This document shows positions 1-8,556 of a stretch of DNA of 30,902 nt, one piece after another. Within the stretch, counting starts at the first letter, position 1. Every line of letters begins with the position of its first letter. This DNA is from Gemmatimonadota bacterium. GTDB lineage: Bacteria; Latescibacterota; UBA2968; UBA8231. The stretch is taken from contig JAYOYH010000051.1 in assembly GCA_038153405.1 (NCBI GenBank), positions 1-30,902 of the forward strand, in the 5' to 3' direction. Both the position numbers and the translations under genes were made by a program. The notes under the pieces are model-generated. The model had not been told where the DNA came from. It did not search any database and worked only from the letters and a program-made list of their open reading frames with translations.

Positions 1-375
1 ATGTCGATGCTGCCGCGCGAGTGCCCCCATCCTCAGTACGACCGGACGAAATACTACGATAGCTACGTGAAGTTCTTTATGTTCGGCGACCGCAGAGATC
101 CCATACCCGAGCACATTCGCCTATTTAATAAAGTCGGTCTGGCCTATGGTTACCTGATTGACAATGCCTATATTGTCGACGTTGAAAACGGTGTAGAGTT
201 TATGCTGACGGCCGTCATCGCCGCCAATGACAACGGCATTTACAACGACGGTCAGTATGAGTATGATGCGGTGAGTTTTCCCTTTCTGGCCAATCTGGGG
301 CGCGTCCTATACGAGCGCGAACGGCTGCGCGAGAAAAGGGTCAAACCGGATCTGCGCGCGTTTTTGTTGCATTAG
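1..375 (+). CDS. Serine hydrolase (class A beta-lactamase-like family), C-terminal fragment, 5'-truncated by the window
   Basis: NKVGLAYGYLIDNAYIVD..EFMLTAVI resembles the KTG-box region of FCB-group serine hydrolases; frame is open at window edge. Confidence 0.65.
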   Translation: MSMLPRECPHPQYDRTKYYDSYVKFFMFGDRRDPIPEHIRLFNKVGLAYGYLIDNAYIVDVENGVEFMLTAVIAANDNGIYNDGQYEYDAVSFPFLANLGRVLYERERLREKRVKPDLRAFLLH

Positions 376-453
376 AGCGGCATGGGGCATCCTCTTATCG
401 GGTGCCTGCCGTGCGAGCGGGAGCCATTCAACACGGAAAGGGAGGATAAGCCC

Positions 454-1488
454 ATGGCTAGGAGAGAAAAGGTGCGCGCGGTGCTGGTTGGCTGCGGCGG
501 CATGAGTCGCGCCTGGCTTTCGGCGGCGAGCGAACGCAGCGACTTGGAACTAGTCGGTCTCGTCGATATCGACAAGAAAAATGCGCGCTGGCGCGCCGAA
601 GAGTATCGCTTGGAAAACGCGGAGGTGGGCAGCGATCTCAAGGCCGTGCTGCGCGATGTAAATCCCGACGTGGTCTTTGACGTAACGGTGCCGTCGGCTC
701 ATACCGATGTAACCGTTACGGCGCTGCGCCACGGCTGTCACGTGCTGGGCGAAAAGCCGCTGGCCGATTCCATGGCCAATGCGCGGCGTTCGCTGCGCGC
801 GGCGGAAAAGGCCGGTAAAATCTATGCTGTCATTCAGAATCGACGCTATACCCCCCATATTCGTCGCCTGCGCCGCCTGCTAGCCAAAAACCCCCTTGGC
901 CCATTGACGACAGTCAACTGCGATTTCTATATCGGCGCACACTTTGGAGGGTTTCGCGACCGCATGGAGCACGTGCTGCTGCTCGATATGGCGATACACA
1001 CCTTTGATCAGGCGCGCCTCATTACCGGAGCCGATCCCGTTTCGGTCTACTGTCAGGAGTGGAATCCGGCCGGCTCGTGGTATGACCACGATGCGTCGGC
1101 CATCTGCATTTTTGAGATGAGCGATGGGCTGGTTTTCACTTACCGCGGCAGTTGGTGTGCCGAGGGGCTCAATACGAGCTGGGAGTGCGACTGGCGCATC
1201 ATCGGCACGCGGGGCAGCGCCACGTGGGACGGCGGTGAGGGCATCTGCGCTCAAGCGGTGAAAAAAGGCGGTGGGTTCCACGCGCAGATGCGCGACCTGC
1301 CGGTGCCGGTGCTGGCCGCTAGGGATCGGGTCGGCGGGCACGCCGGCCTAATCGACGAGTTTGTCGATTGCGTGCGCCGCGGCCGCGTGCCCGAGACGGT
1401 GTGCACGGATAATATAAAGAGTTTGGCGATGGTCTTTGCGGCGATCGAGAGCGCTAAAAGGGGGCGCAAGGTCGCGGTGAAGTACTAG
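454..1488 (+). CDS. Gfo/Idh/MocA family oxidoreductase
   Basis: GGAGG RBS before ATG 454; Rossmann GCGGMS, HVLGEKPLA, DMAIHTFD motifs. Confidence 0.92.
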   Translation: MARREKVRAVLVGCGGMSRAWLSAASERSDLELVGLVDIDKKNARWRAEEYRLENAEVGSDLKAVLRDVNPDVVFDVTVPSAHTDVTVTALRHGCHVLGEKPLADSMANARRSLRAAEKAGKIYAVIQNRRYTPHIRRLRRLLAKNPLGPLTTVNCDFYIGAHFGGFRDRMEHVLLLDMAIHTFDQARLITGADPVSVYCQEWNPAGSWYDHDASAICIFEMSDGLVFTYRGSWCAEGLNTSWECDWRIIGTRGSATWDGGEGICAQAVKKGGGFHAQMRDLPVPVLAARDRVGGHAGLIDEFVDCVRRGRVPETVCTDNIKSLAMVFAAIESAKRGRKVAVKY

Positions 1489-1507
1489 CTCTCGCCGGGT
1501 GTGGCGC

Positions 1508-2518
1508 TCAGCCCACTTGGATGCCCTGCACCTGGAAGACTTCGCGAAGAAAGTGTTCGCCCATGAGGCGGTAGCCCTCGGCGTTGGGATGCAGGTTGTC
1601 CGGAAGCAGGTGGGCGAGCTCTTCGCCGAAGAGCTTCAGGCCATCGACGTAGTAGATATGCGCATCGCCGCGCCGCCGGAACGACTCGACGGCTTCCTGC
1701 ACTTCAATGCGCATGTGCTGTAGCGTTAGGCCCACGGCGTTGGGCGTTTCTTCGCGATCGTGCCCCCAGATGGGCGAACACACGACAAAGGGCGTGTCGG
1801 GATGGCCATCGCGGATGGTGGCGATGGTGCCGAGAATAGCCGGTCGAAAGGTGCGCGGTCCGAGGCTAGATCCGCCGTAAATATTGATGCCGATTTTGAC
1901 GGAGAGAAAGTCGGCCGGCCGGTCGCGGATTAGGCGGGCCATCATGGGGTCGGCGTGGCACTGGCCGCCAAAGCCGAACGACGTCAGGTTGAAGTCCATG
2001 CCGCGTGCCACGACGCCCGGCCAGGTAAAGGAGGGCGAGCCGGCCGTGCGGCAGTGGGTGATAGACGAGCCGTAGGTGACCCATTTGCGCCGATGGTCTT
2101 CGCTCTTTTCCAACCCGCTGCCCTCGGGAATTTCGATAGAGCGCACGGCCACCGGCATAGCCTGAGAGAGCCACAGTTCGAGCGCGTTGTCGCCGGTGGG
2201 CAGGTTGCCAAATTCGGTGGCGGTCTGACCGGCGGCAAAGTCGACGGTGGCGACCAGATCGCCGTTGGCATAGAGGTCGAAGTTGCCCGCTTCGGCTAGC
2301 GGTTCGGTGTGCAGCGTGAGGGCTGTGGCATCGCTGGCAAAGCGCATGCGCACGCCGGAGGCCATTTCGGCGCGCCCGGCCAATTCGCTGACGCCCGGCG
2401 AATAGAGATCCTGGTCTTCGTGGGGAATGCGCCAGGGCTTGATCCATCCGTCGCCCCGTTCGAGCGAGGCGATGCCGCCCCAGCACAGGCGCGGGTCGTC
2501 GGCGGGTATGGTGGGCAT
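1508..2518 (-). CDS. SGNH/GDSL hydrolase with N-terminal beta-sandwich (SsfX3-like)
   Basis: YGSSITH block I, GFGG, GIN, DNLHPN (DxxH) motifs. Confidence 0.85.
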   Translation of the reverse strand: MPTIPADDPRLCWGGIASLERGDGWIKPWRIPHEDQDLYSPGVSELAGRAEMASGVRMRFASDATALTLHTEPLAEAGNFDLYANGDLVATVDFAAGQTATEFGNLPTGDNALELWLSQAMPVAVRSIEIPEGSGLEKSEDHRRKWVTYGSSITHCRTAGSPSFTWPGVVARGMDFNLTSFGFGGQCHADPMMARLIRDRPADFLSVKIGINIYGGSSLGPRTFRPAILGTIATIRDGHPDTPFVVCSPIWGHDREETPNAVGLTLQHMRIEVQEAVESFRRRGDAHIYYVDGLKLFGEELAHLLPDNLHPNAEGYRLMGEHFLREVFQVQGIQVG

Positions 2519-2610
2519 GGTATTCGTCCTTTAGCTGCTGTTAGCGGGTTGCAATGGGTGCGCAGCTAATCTAACGCGCCGGCGAGTGCCTGTCATGTTA
2601 TTCCGTGAAC

Positions 2611-2859
2611 GGGTGGAGCCCCGACCAAACGAGGTCGAGGCTCCGTCCTGGGGCAACGCGGTAATGGACTTCAGCCCGCGTTAACAGAGTGGGGTTTGCC
2701 GGAGCGCTGCCACTTCGAAGGCGCGTCCGCTCCGCGCTCACCGCGTGCCAACGGCATGCAGGAGTCGCGACCCCGCTGTCACTGGGGCCATGACAGAAAC
2801 GGGGCTATCGCGCGCGAAAGCGAAAGCGAGGCGCTCCGATTGAAAAGCGCAACCCCCCT
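2611..2859 (-). ncRNA. Candidate structured non-coding RNA; 3' part possibly Acido-Lenti-1-like (unverified recall)
   Basis: At least seven helices: 2611-2648 hairpin; 2655-2661/2676-2682; 2691-2696/2851-2856; 2700-2707/2831-2838; 2743-2749/2753-2759; 2766-2781/2791-2812 with bulges. TATAGT -10-like box on minus strand at 2871-2866. Strand uncertain: G-U wobbles and GAAA loops favour +. Confidence 0.6.
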
Positions 2860-2916
2860 ATTCAAACTATATCGGCACTTTCATTAGCAACTTTAACGAT
2901 TTTAAAATAAAAAACA

Positions 2917-2941
2917 TAAGTCATTTATTAATAAATACTTA
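2917..2941. repeat. AT-rich imperfect palindrome TAAGT-C-ATTTATTAATAAAT-ACTTA
   Basis: Directly visible inverted repeat within a very AT-rich tract (about 2880-2975). Confidence 0.7.
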
Positions 2942-2975
2942 AAATGTAAAATTTATGAGTTGTGTTCTGATTTTG

Positions 2976-4112
2976 CTACAGAGGTATGCCTTTCCAGGCG
3001 CAGATTCCCTCTAGTAGACTGGCGCCGAGGCGGCGATAGGCTTGGCGGGTGAAGACCGTATCGCGGCAGGTGGCATAGGGTATTTCCAGCGTTAGACAGG
3101 GAATTTGCCACGTTTCCCAAGCGTAGTTGTCGAGGGTGGCTTGCGCATCCCAGCGCGACGGATAGCTCGGCTGGTGCAGCAGGTCGGCATGGACGAGTTC
3201 GGTCGGTAGCAAGGGGGCGATGGCTTCGATGGCTTGGCGCGCCGCCTGCAACTGCAGTTCGGGGCGGTTGGCGCGCGGCAGAAAGAAATAGGCGCCATCG
3301 GTTTCGCCTGGTCCCGGCGCATGCAGGTCAAGCACAAGGGCAGGGGTGCAGCGCTGCTGCCAACGATGCATATCGCTCTGGATGACGCCGACTTCGTGGC
3401 GCATGGGCGGCGTGCTCCAGGCGCGGTTCAGGTCCCAGGGGAAGGGGTCTTTGCCGTAGTCGCCCTCTACGACGCCGTCCATATGGGCCAGCGGCGTGGT
3501 CCATATGAGCAACTGTGCGGGGTCGAGGGACTGTGCGGCGCGGCGCAGCAGGCCATCCAGCACCCACGAGCTCGGCATCTCGCCGGCGTGCTGTCGGGCA
3601 ATGGCGTAGAGACCGGGGACCCCGTCGCCGCGATAATTGTTGGCTAGGCGCGGCAGGGGGTTGCCCCGACTCGTGACGCCGATCAGGTCGAGTTCCCAGT
3701 AGCTGCCGCAGGCGGCGCGCGTCATCTCCAAGTCGCCCAGCCCGTAGGGGTAGCAGAAAGCCACTTCAAACGCGTCGTAGCTGGGCTGGATGTGCCAAAC
3801 GACCTGGTGGCGCCCGTCGTCTAAGATTTCTACTGCGCCCGTTTCAAGGCGCTCCCAGGTGGCGCCGGCCTGGCGCCATACGGGCTGTGCGCGCTGCCAG
3901 TTGTGCGCGCCGCCTAAGCAGGAGTCGACGTTGGTCAGGACGATATCTACGGGGCGATCGGAGCACTCGACGAGGCGGAAGTAGAACCACAGCGCCTCGG
4001 TACCGCCGTGTGGATCGGCGGCAAAATAGACGATGTCGCGCTCGCTCGTCGAGCGGATATCTATGGCGCAGGCGTTGCCGCCGGGAAATTGAGTTTGCAC
4101 GTGTAGCGACAT
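2976..4112 (-). CDS. M14 family zinc carboxypeptidase (cytosolic-type)
   Basis: Start re-assigned to MSLHVQTQFPGGN (GAGG RBS); WFYFR, RQHAGE (HxxE), DLNR, LDLHA, TLE motifs. Confidence 0.85.
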   Translation of the reverse strand: MSLHVQTQFPGGNACAIDIRSTSERDIVYFAADPHGGTEALWFYFRLVECSDRPVDIVLTNVDSCLGGAHNWQRAQPVWRQAGATWERLETGAVEILDDGRHQVVWHIQPSYDAFEVAFCYPYGLGDLEMTRAACGSYWELDLIGVTSRGNPLPRLANNYRGDGVPGLYAIARQHAGEMPSSWVLDGLLRRAAQSLDPAQLLIWTTPLAHMDGVVEGDYGKDPFPWDLNRAWSTPPMRHEVGVIQSDMHRWQQRCTPALVLDLHAPGPGETDGAYFFLPRANRPELQLQAARQAIEAIAPLLPTELVHADLLHQPSYPSRWDAQATLDNYAWETWQIPCLTLEIPYATCRDTVFTRQAYRRLGASLLEGICAWKGIPL

Positions 4113-4184
4113 GGGCCTTTTTCCTCGGAGTAGTAGCTCGAAAAATAACGCCAATTGGCGTGCTAATGCCAAAGGGAGGATTGC

Positions 4185-4850
4185 ATGGATCTGGTCGAAA
4201 CCGCCGACGGCTCGCATACGCTTGCTGCGCCCTATCCCGGCGAGCACTACCACTCGACGCACGGTGCGCTGCGCGAGAGCCAGCACGTATTCGTGCGCCA
4301 CGGCGTGGCCGACCTCGGGCCGCGCGCGCGCATCGGCGTGCTCGAAATGGGATTTGGCACGGGGCTCAACGCCCTGTTGACGCGACTTTTTGCCCTGCAA
4401 TACCGCCAGCCGATCGACTACGTAGCGGTTGAATCCGAACCGCTCAACGCGGCGGTTGTCGCCCAGCTCAACTATCCGCAAGTCGTCGATGGGGCCGGCG
4501 CGCTCTTCGCCGAACTGCACGATCTGACATGGGGTCCGACTGCCCGCTTAGACCCGTTTTTTTCGCTGGAAAAAGTGCACGCGCGCATCGAAGAAGTCGA
4601 TTTGCATGCGCGCTTTGATGCGGTTTATTACGACGCCTTTGGTCCGGGCTACCAGCCGGAGTTGTGGACGCAAGAGGCTTTCGCGCGCGTCTACGATGTA
4701 CTCGTGGTCGGGGGTGTCTTGGTTACCTACTGCGCCAAGGGACAGGTCAAACGCGATCTGCGCGCGGTGGGCTTTGCGGTGGAGAGTCTGCCGGGGCCAC
4801 CCGGCAAGCGCGAGATGACGCGAGCGCGCAAGGTGGCGCAGAATACCTAA
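4185..4850 (+). CDS. mnmD: tRNA mnm5s2U34 methyltransferase MnmD (stand-alone MnmC methyltransferase domain)
   Basis: TADGSHTL, EHYHSTHGALRESQHVF, LEMGFGTGLN, YYDAF, PELW, GPPGKREM; GGAGG RBS. Confidence 0.9.
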   Translation: MDLVETADGSHTLAAPYPGEHYHSTHGALRESQHVFVRHGVADLGPRARIGVLEMGFGTGLNALLTRLFALQYRQPIDYVAVESEPLNAAVVAQLNYPQVVDGAGALFAELHDLTWGPTARLDPFFSLEKVHARIEEVDLHARFDAVYYDAFGPGYQPELWTQEAFARVYDVLVVGGVLVTYCAKGQVKRDLRAVGFAVESLPGPPGKREMTRARKVAQNT

Positions 4851-5440
4851 AGCTCGAGCAGCATATCGTAGTTGTTGGTGTCGCGCGTCTGGAACTGTCC
4901 GCATTCGACAAACCCCATTTTGCGATAGAAATGTTCGGCGCGCGCATTGTCGGCGCGCACGCCGCCCCATAGAACGACGCGTCTACGCCCAAGCCGGTGT
5001 GCGGCATTGACCAAATGGGGAAATAGGGCGCTGCCCAGACCGCGCTCTTGGTAGGCATCGGCCACCGAAGGAGCTAGCGTGCAGTCGGTGGCTGGGTCGA
5101 GTGTCTGTCCGCGCTCGCGGTAGCGCGCCGCATCGCCGTCTAGCACGCCGAGGCGCAGGATAAAGTAGGCTGCGATGTGCTGCCCATCGAGGGCGAGAAA
5201 GCGCAGCGTGTGGCCGTAATCTATATCGAGACAGAATGCGTGTGCCTGCTCGGCGCTAAAGGGATGGGGACCGTAGACGCGGCGCGTGGCTTCGGAGAGG
5301 TGGGTAAAGTAGTGGGCGAGGCGTTCGCCGTCGTCGCAGCGGTGCAGCCGCACATTGAGCGCAGTGCCGTCGCGCAGCGCAATGATGCCGTCTAATAAGT
5401 GGGGTTGGCGCTGTATATCGCCCTCTTTGAGCTCACTCAT
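4847..5440 (-). CDS. GNAT family N-acetyltransferase
   Basis: VADAYQERGLGSAL acetyl-CoA motif; NARAEHFYRKMGF. Confidence 0.88.
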   Translation of the reverse strand: MSELKEGDIQRQPHLLDGIIALRDGTALNVRLHRCDDGERLAHYFTHLSEATRRVYGPHPFSAEQAHAFCLDIDYGHTLRFLALDGQHIAAYFILRLGVLDGDAARYRERGQTLDPATDCTLAPSVADAYQERGLGSALFPHLVNAAHRLGRRRVVLWGGVRADNARAEHFYRKMGFVECGQFQTRDTNNYDMLLEL

Positions 5441-5460
5441 GGCGTTTCTCCTTATCTCTG

Positions 5461-6504
5461 CTAGTGCCGAATCAGTTCATCGTATATGGCCTGTGCTACG
5501 CGGACATTGCCGGCGCGATTAAAGTGGCCGTCAATCGGATAGTAGTAGCGCTGTGCATCTTCGCTGCCGTTCATGTAGGTCAATAGGTCGAGCACGGCAA
5601 TGCCTCGGTCGCGACAGTATTGGGTTAGCAACTGTCCGGGTTTGCGGCTTTTTGACCAGGTGCCAGCTAGGCCATTTTCGACGGCATAGCGCGGGTAGAT
5701 AACGGCGATAGCAGGGCGTGCTTGGTGTTTCTCGGCCAGCTCGACAAAGTCGTCGATGAGCTCGTGCGTATGCCGCAAAAAGCGCTCTTCGGCTGAGAGC
5801 GCGTAGCGCAGACGCGGCGTCCATGCGCGCAGCGCCCAGGCGCGCAGCGCCAGGCTGGACATCAGCGGGGCTAGGTGGTTGTGCAGCTCCATGCGCAGCA
5901 GGGCAATCTGTTGATCGTCGTAGGCGAGGCGACCGTCAGCGTCGGCGTGCGAGATGGCATTGGGCAACAGGTCGTTGCCAAGGAAAATGCCCAACAGCAT
6001 CTGATCGGCTTCCAACTGTGGCGCAACGGTGCGCGCGGCAATGAGTGCCTGCACGGAACTAAAGCCAATCATGGAAAAGTTGTATACTCGCAACTCTTTG
6101 CCCGCCTCGGTGCCGATGCGCTCGAGCTGGCCGGTCAGCGTGTGTTCCTCGTCTTGTCCCACGCCGAAAAGCATGGAGTCGCCGAAGATTAACAGCTGCT
6201 GTTGGTCACCGTGGCGCGCTTCGATTTCGCGCGTGCGGAAGCCCAGGCTGTTGGTATGGGCCGTATAAGTGTACTCATCGGTGCGGATGGTCTCGCTGGC
6301 GTGCGGGGTCAGCGCATAGCCAAAGAGCGAGCTGTGTGGATGGTCGGTAGCGGGGATGATCAGTGAGTTGAGCAGGCGTTCAAACGCCAGTTGGAGAAAG
6401 GCCTCATCGTCGGCGTAGGCGACAAAGCGCGCGCGCGCGTATCCCTCGACCAGTGCCAGGGGAGCGATCAAACAGACCAAGATGAAAAGGGCGTTGCGCC
6501 GCAT
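5461..6504 (-). CDS. Membrane-anchored SGNH-hydrolase-like protein (AlgX/AlgJ-like)
   Basis: N-terminal TM helix from MRRNALFILV; TNSLGFR, GDS, GND, DGHFNRAGN motifs. Confidence 0.78.
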   Translation of the reverse strand: MRRNALFILVCLIAPLALVEGYARARFVAYADDEAFLQLAFERLLNSLIIPATDHPHSSLFGYALTPHASETIRTDEYTYTAHTNSLGFRTREIEARHGDQQQLLIFGDSMLFGVGQDEEHTLTGQLERIGTEAGKELRVYNFSMIGFSSVQALIAARTVAPQLEADQMLLGIFLGNDLLPNAISHADADGRLAYDDQQIALLRMELHNHLAPLMSSLALRAWALRAWTPRLRYALSAEERFLRHTHELIDDFVELAEKHQARPAIAVIYPRYAVENGLAGTWSKSRKPGQLLTQYCRDRGIAVLDLLTYMNGSEDAQRYYYPIDGHFNRAGNVRVAQAIYDELIRH

Positions 6505-6541
6505 GGGTTTCTCTGTGCGAGTCCTAGGTTGAGTCCGTTGC

Positions 6542-6569
6542 TTGACAGTGCAGGGGCGCTCAATAGATT
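6542..6569 (+). promoter_or_regulatory. Putative sigma70 promoter for 6665 gene
   Basis: TTGACA-N16-TAGATT in the divergent intergenic gap. Confidence 0.4.
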
Positions 6570-6664
6570 GCAGAAGGCGCGTAGGGAAATATAGCGGGTG
6601 ACGCAGGGTTGTGCACGGATGCGCGCGGCGCATTGGACAGTGACTAACGCAGAGGACGGTTTGT

Positions 6665-7429
6665 ATGAATGCGGCCATAAACCGAGGAGTGATTATGGGA
6701 GCATTGTGGCTGGCGCTGATGGCGCCGCCGCTGCTGGCCCAGGTCAATATCGAACACTACCGGGGCAAAGAAGGCGTGACGGGTGGAGCGCGCCTATCGC
6801 TGCAATCCGATATCGGCAACGTCGACGTCGTCAAAAGCGATGGGGCCGGCAATGTAACGGTCAATACGGCAACCGGTACCTATTTGGCCGTATTCAAAGG
6901 AGGCATTGGCTTTCTCGGCGGCAAGCGCTTTGCCAATAGCGGGGTTTTACACCTGCGCTATACGCACGCGCAAAACGCGCGCTGGCAGCCAGAGACCTTT
7001 GTTCAGGGCGACTATGCCAAATCGCGCCGTCTCAATCGGCGCTTGCTGTGGGGAGCGGGCATGCGCAGGGTTTGGCGCGCCGACAAGGCGATGGCTTTTT
7101 ATCTGGGCTCTTCGCTGATGTGGGAACGCGAAAATCTCAACCTATTGGCGGGCGATATACACGCGGTGAACACCTCTGTCTGGCGCTCGAGCACCTACCT
7201 AAATGCACACTTTAACCGGCGCATTCAGCTGTCGTTGACGGCGTATTACCAGTTCGCACTCGACGACGTAGAGGATGTGCGCCTTCTCGGCACCAGCGAG
7301 TTAACTACGCCACTCGTCGGTCCGCTCAGCCAGACGACGGCAATAGACTTTCGCTCGGACTCGGACCCGCCGCAGGGTGTCAAAAAGACCGATGTGAAGC
7401 TGTCGACTAGTTTTGGCGTCAAATTTTAA
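6665..7429 (+). CDS. DUF481 family outer-membrane beta-barrel protein
   Basis: Signal peptide then QVNIE; alternating amphipathic strands; DSDPPQGVKKTD; C-terminal Phe. Confidence 0.72.
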   Translation: MNAAINRGVIMGALWLALMAPPLLAQVNIEHYRGKEGVTGGARLSLQSDIGNVDVVKSDGAGNVTVNTATGTYLAVFKGGIGFLGGKRFANSGVLHLRYTHAQNARWQPETFVQGDYAKSRRLNRRLLWGAGMRRVWRADKAMAFYLGSSLMWERENLNLLAGDIHAVNTSVWRSSTYLNAHFNRRIQLSLTAYYQFALDDVEDVRLLGTSELTTPLVGPLSQTTAIDFRSDSDPPQGVKKTDVKLSTSFGVKF

Positions 7430-7488
7430 ATGCGCGCGCAATAACTGCGTCGCACCCAGCAACGCTCTTTTGCAAAGGAGGAGAGATC

Positions 7489-8490
7489 ATGGGGATAAAC
7501 AACTATCCAATAGGTATTGGCTTTCTTACGCAGGTTACTCCTGAGCGCATGCGCTATATGGCGCAGATGGGCGCTGAGCATGTCGTGACTTCACTGCCCG
7601 GCGGAGGACGCAATCGCAACGGCGATATTTGGACTTTTGAAGGCATGCTGGCACAGCGTAAAGAGGTCGAAAGCTATGGGCTCAGCCTATCGGTCTACGA
7701 GGGGATTCCAGTGCCGCAGCGAGTTAAGCTGGGTGAGGAGGGCCGCGACGAGGATATCGAAAACTACTGCGAGTCAATTCGCAATATGGGTCGGGCGGGC
7801 ATACCGATTCTCTGCTATAACTGGATGGTGGGCTTTGGCTGGCTGCGCACGGATTTTACGACGCCGGCGCGCGGCGGGGCGGTGGTGACGACCTATCGCC
7901 ACGCCGATTTTGAGCGCGGTGGACTGACGCCGCTGGGCGAGGTGCCCGAAGCGCAGCTGTGGGACAGTCTGGCCTATTTCCTTAAGGCCGTGGTGCCCGT
8001 CGCCGAGGAGTCGGGTGTCAAACTGGCCATGCATCCGGACGACCCGCCGCGCTCGCCGGTGCGCGGCATTGGACGCATTATGACAAGCCCAGAAAATTTC
8101 CAGCGCATGCTCGATATGGTGGATAGCCCGGCCAATGGCCTGACCTATTGTCAGGGATGTTTTACGGAAATGAATATCGACAACCCGACCTGGATTCGCC
8201 GCTTTGCCGAGCAGGGTCGCCTGCACTTTGCGCACTATCGCAATATCAACAAGGGCGGCCACGCCGATGAGTTTTCCGAGACCTTCCACGACGAAGAAGG
8301 TGAGGCGGATATGTATGAGGCGATGAAAACCTATATCGAAGTCGGTTTCGACGGACCGATGCGGCCGGACCACGCACCGACCATGGAGGGCGAAAACAAC
8401 GACCACCCCGGCTACGCTTTACAGGGTCGCTTGATGGCCGTCGGCTATATGAAGGGGTTGATGGAGGCGATCGTAAAATCGCGCCGATAG
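7489..8490 (+). CDS. uxuA: Mannonate dehydratase family
   Basis: CYNWM, LAMHPDDPP, SPANGLTYCQG, HYRN, RPDHAPTMEGE; AAGGAGG RBS. Confidence 0.88.
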   Translation: MGINNYPIGIGFLTQVTPERMRYMAQMGAEHVVTSLPGGGRNRNGDIWTFEGMLAQRKEVESYGLSLSVYEGIPVPQRVKLGEEGRDEDIENYCESIRNMGRAGIPILCYNWMVGFGWLRTDFTTPARGGAVVTTYRHADFERGGLTPLGEVPEAQLWDSLAYFLKAVVPVAEESGVKLAMHPDDPPRSPVRGIGRIMTSPENFQRMLDMVDSPANGLTYCQGCFTEMNIDNPTWIRRFAEQGRLHFAHYRNINKGGHADEFSETFHDEEGEADMYEAMKTYIEVGFDGPMRPDHAPTMEGENNDHPGYALQGRLMAVGYMKGLMEAIVKSRR

Positions 8491-8495
8491 GTGTT

Positions 8496-8544
8496 GCAGA
8501 GGAGGGCGGCGGATGTCAACAGCGCTCCCACCGCCCTCTTCTGC
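8496..8544. terminator. Hairpin between convergent genes, probable terminator
   Basis: GCAGAGGAGGGCGG pairs with CCGCCCTCTTCTGC (14 bp, one G-U); no clear U-tract. Confidence 0.55.
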
Positions 8545-8556
8545 GCCACGGTTGCC

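Noticed and set aside
2667..2674. GGACTTCA resembling the tRNA-Sec anticodon arm
   Set aside because: No matching AATCC strand, T-arm or acceptor stem
2696..2887. 63-aa ORF over the structured region
   Set aside because: TTG start, no RBS, no recognisable protein features; base-pairing explains the region better
4113..4520. N-terminal extension of the M14 ORF
   Set aside because: Antisense overlap with mnmD; proper RBS and family start at 4112
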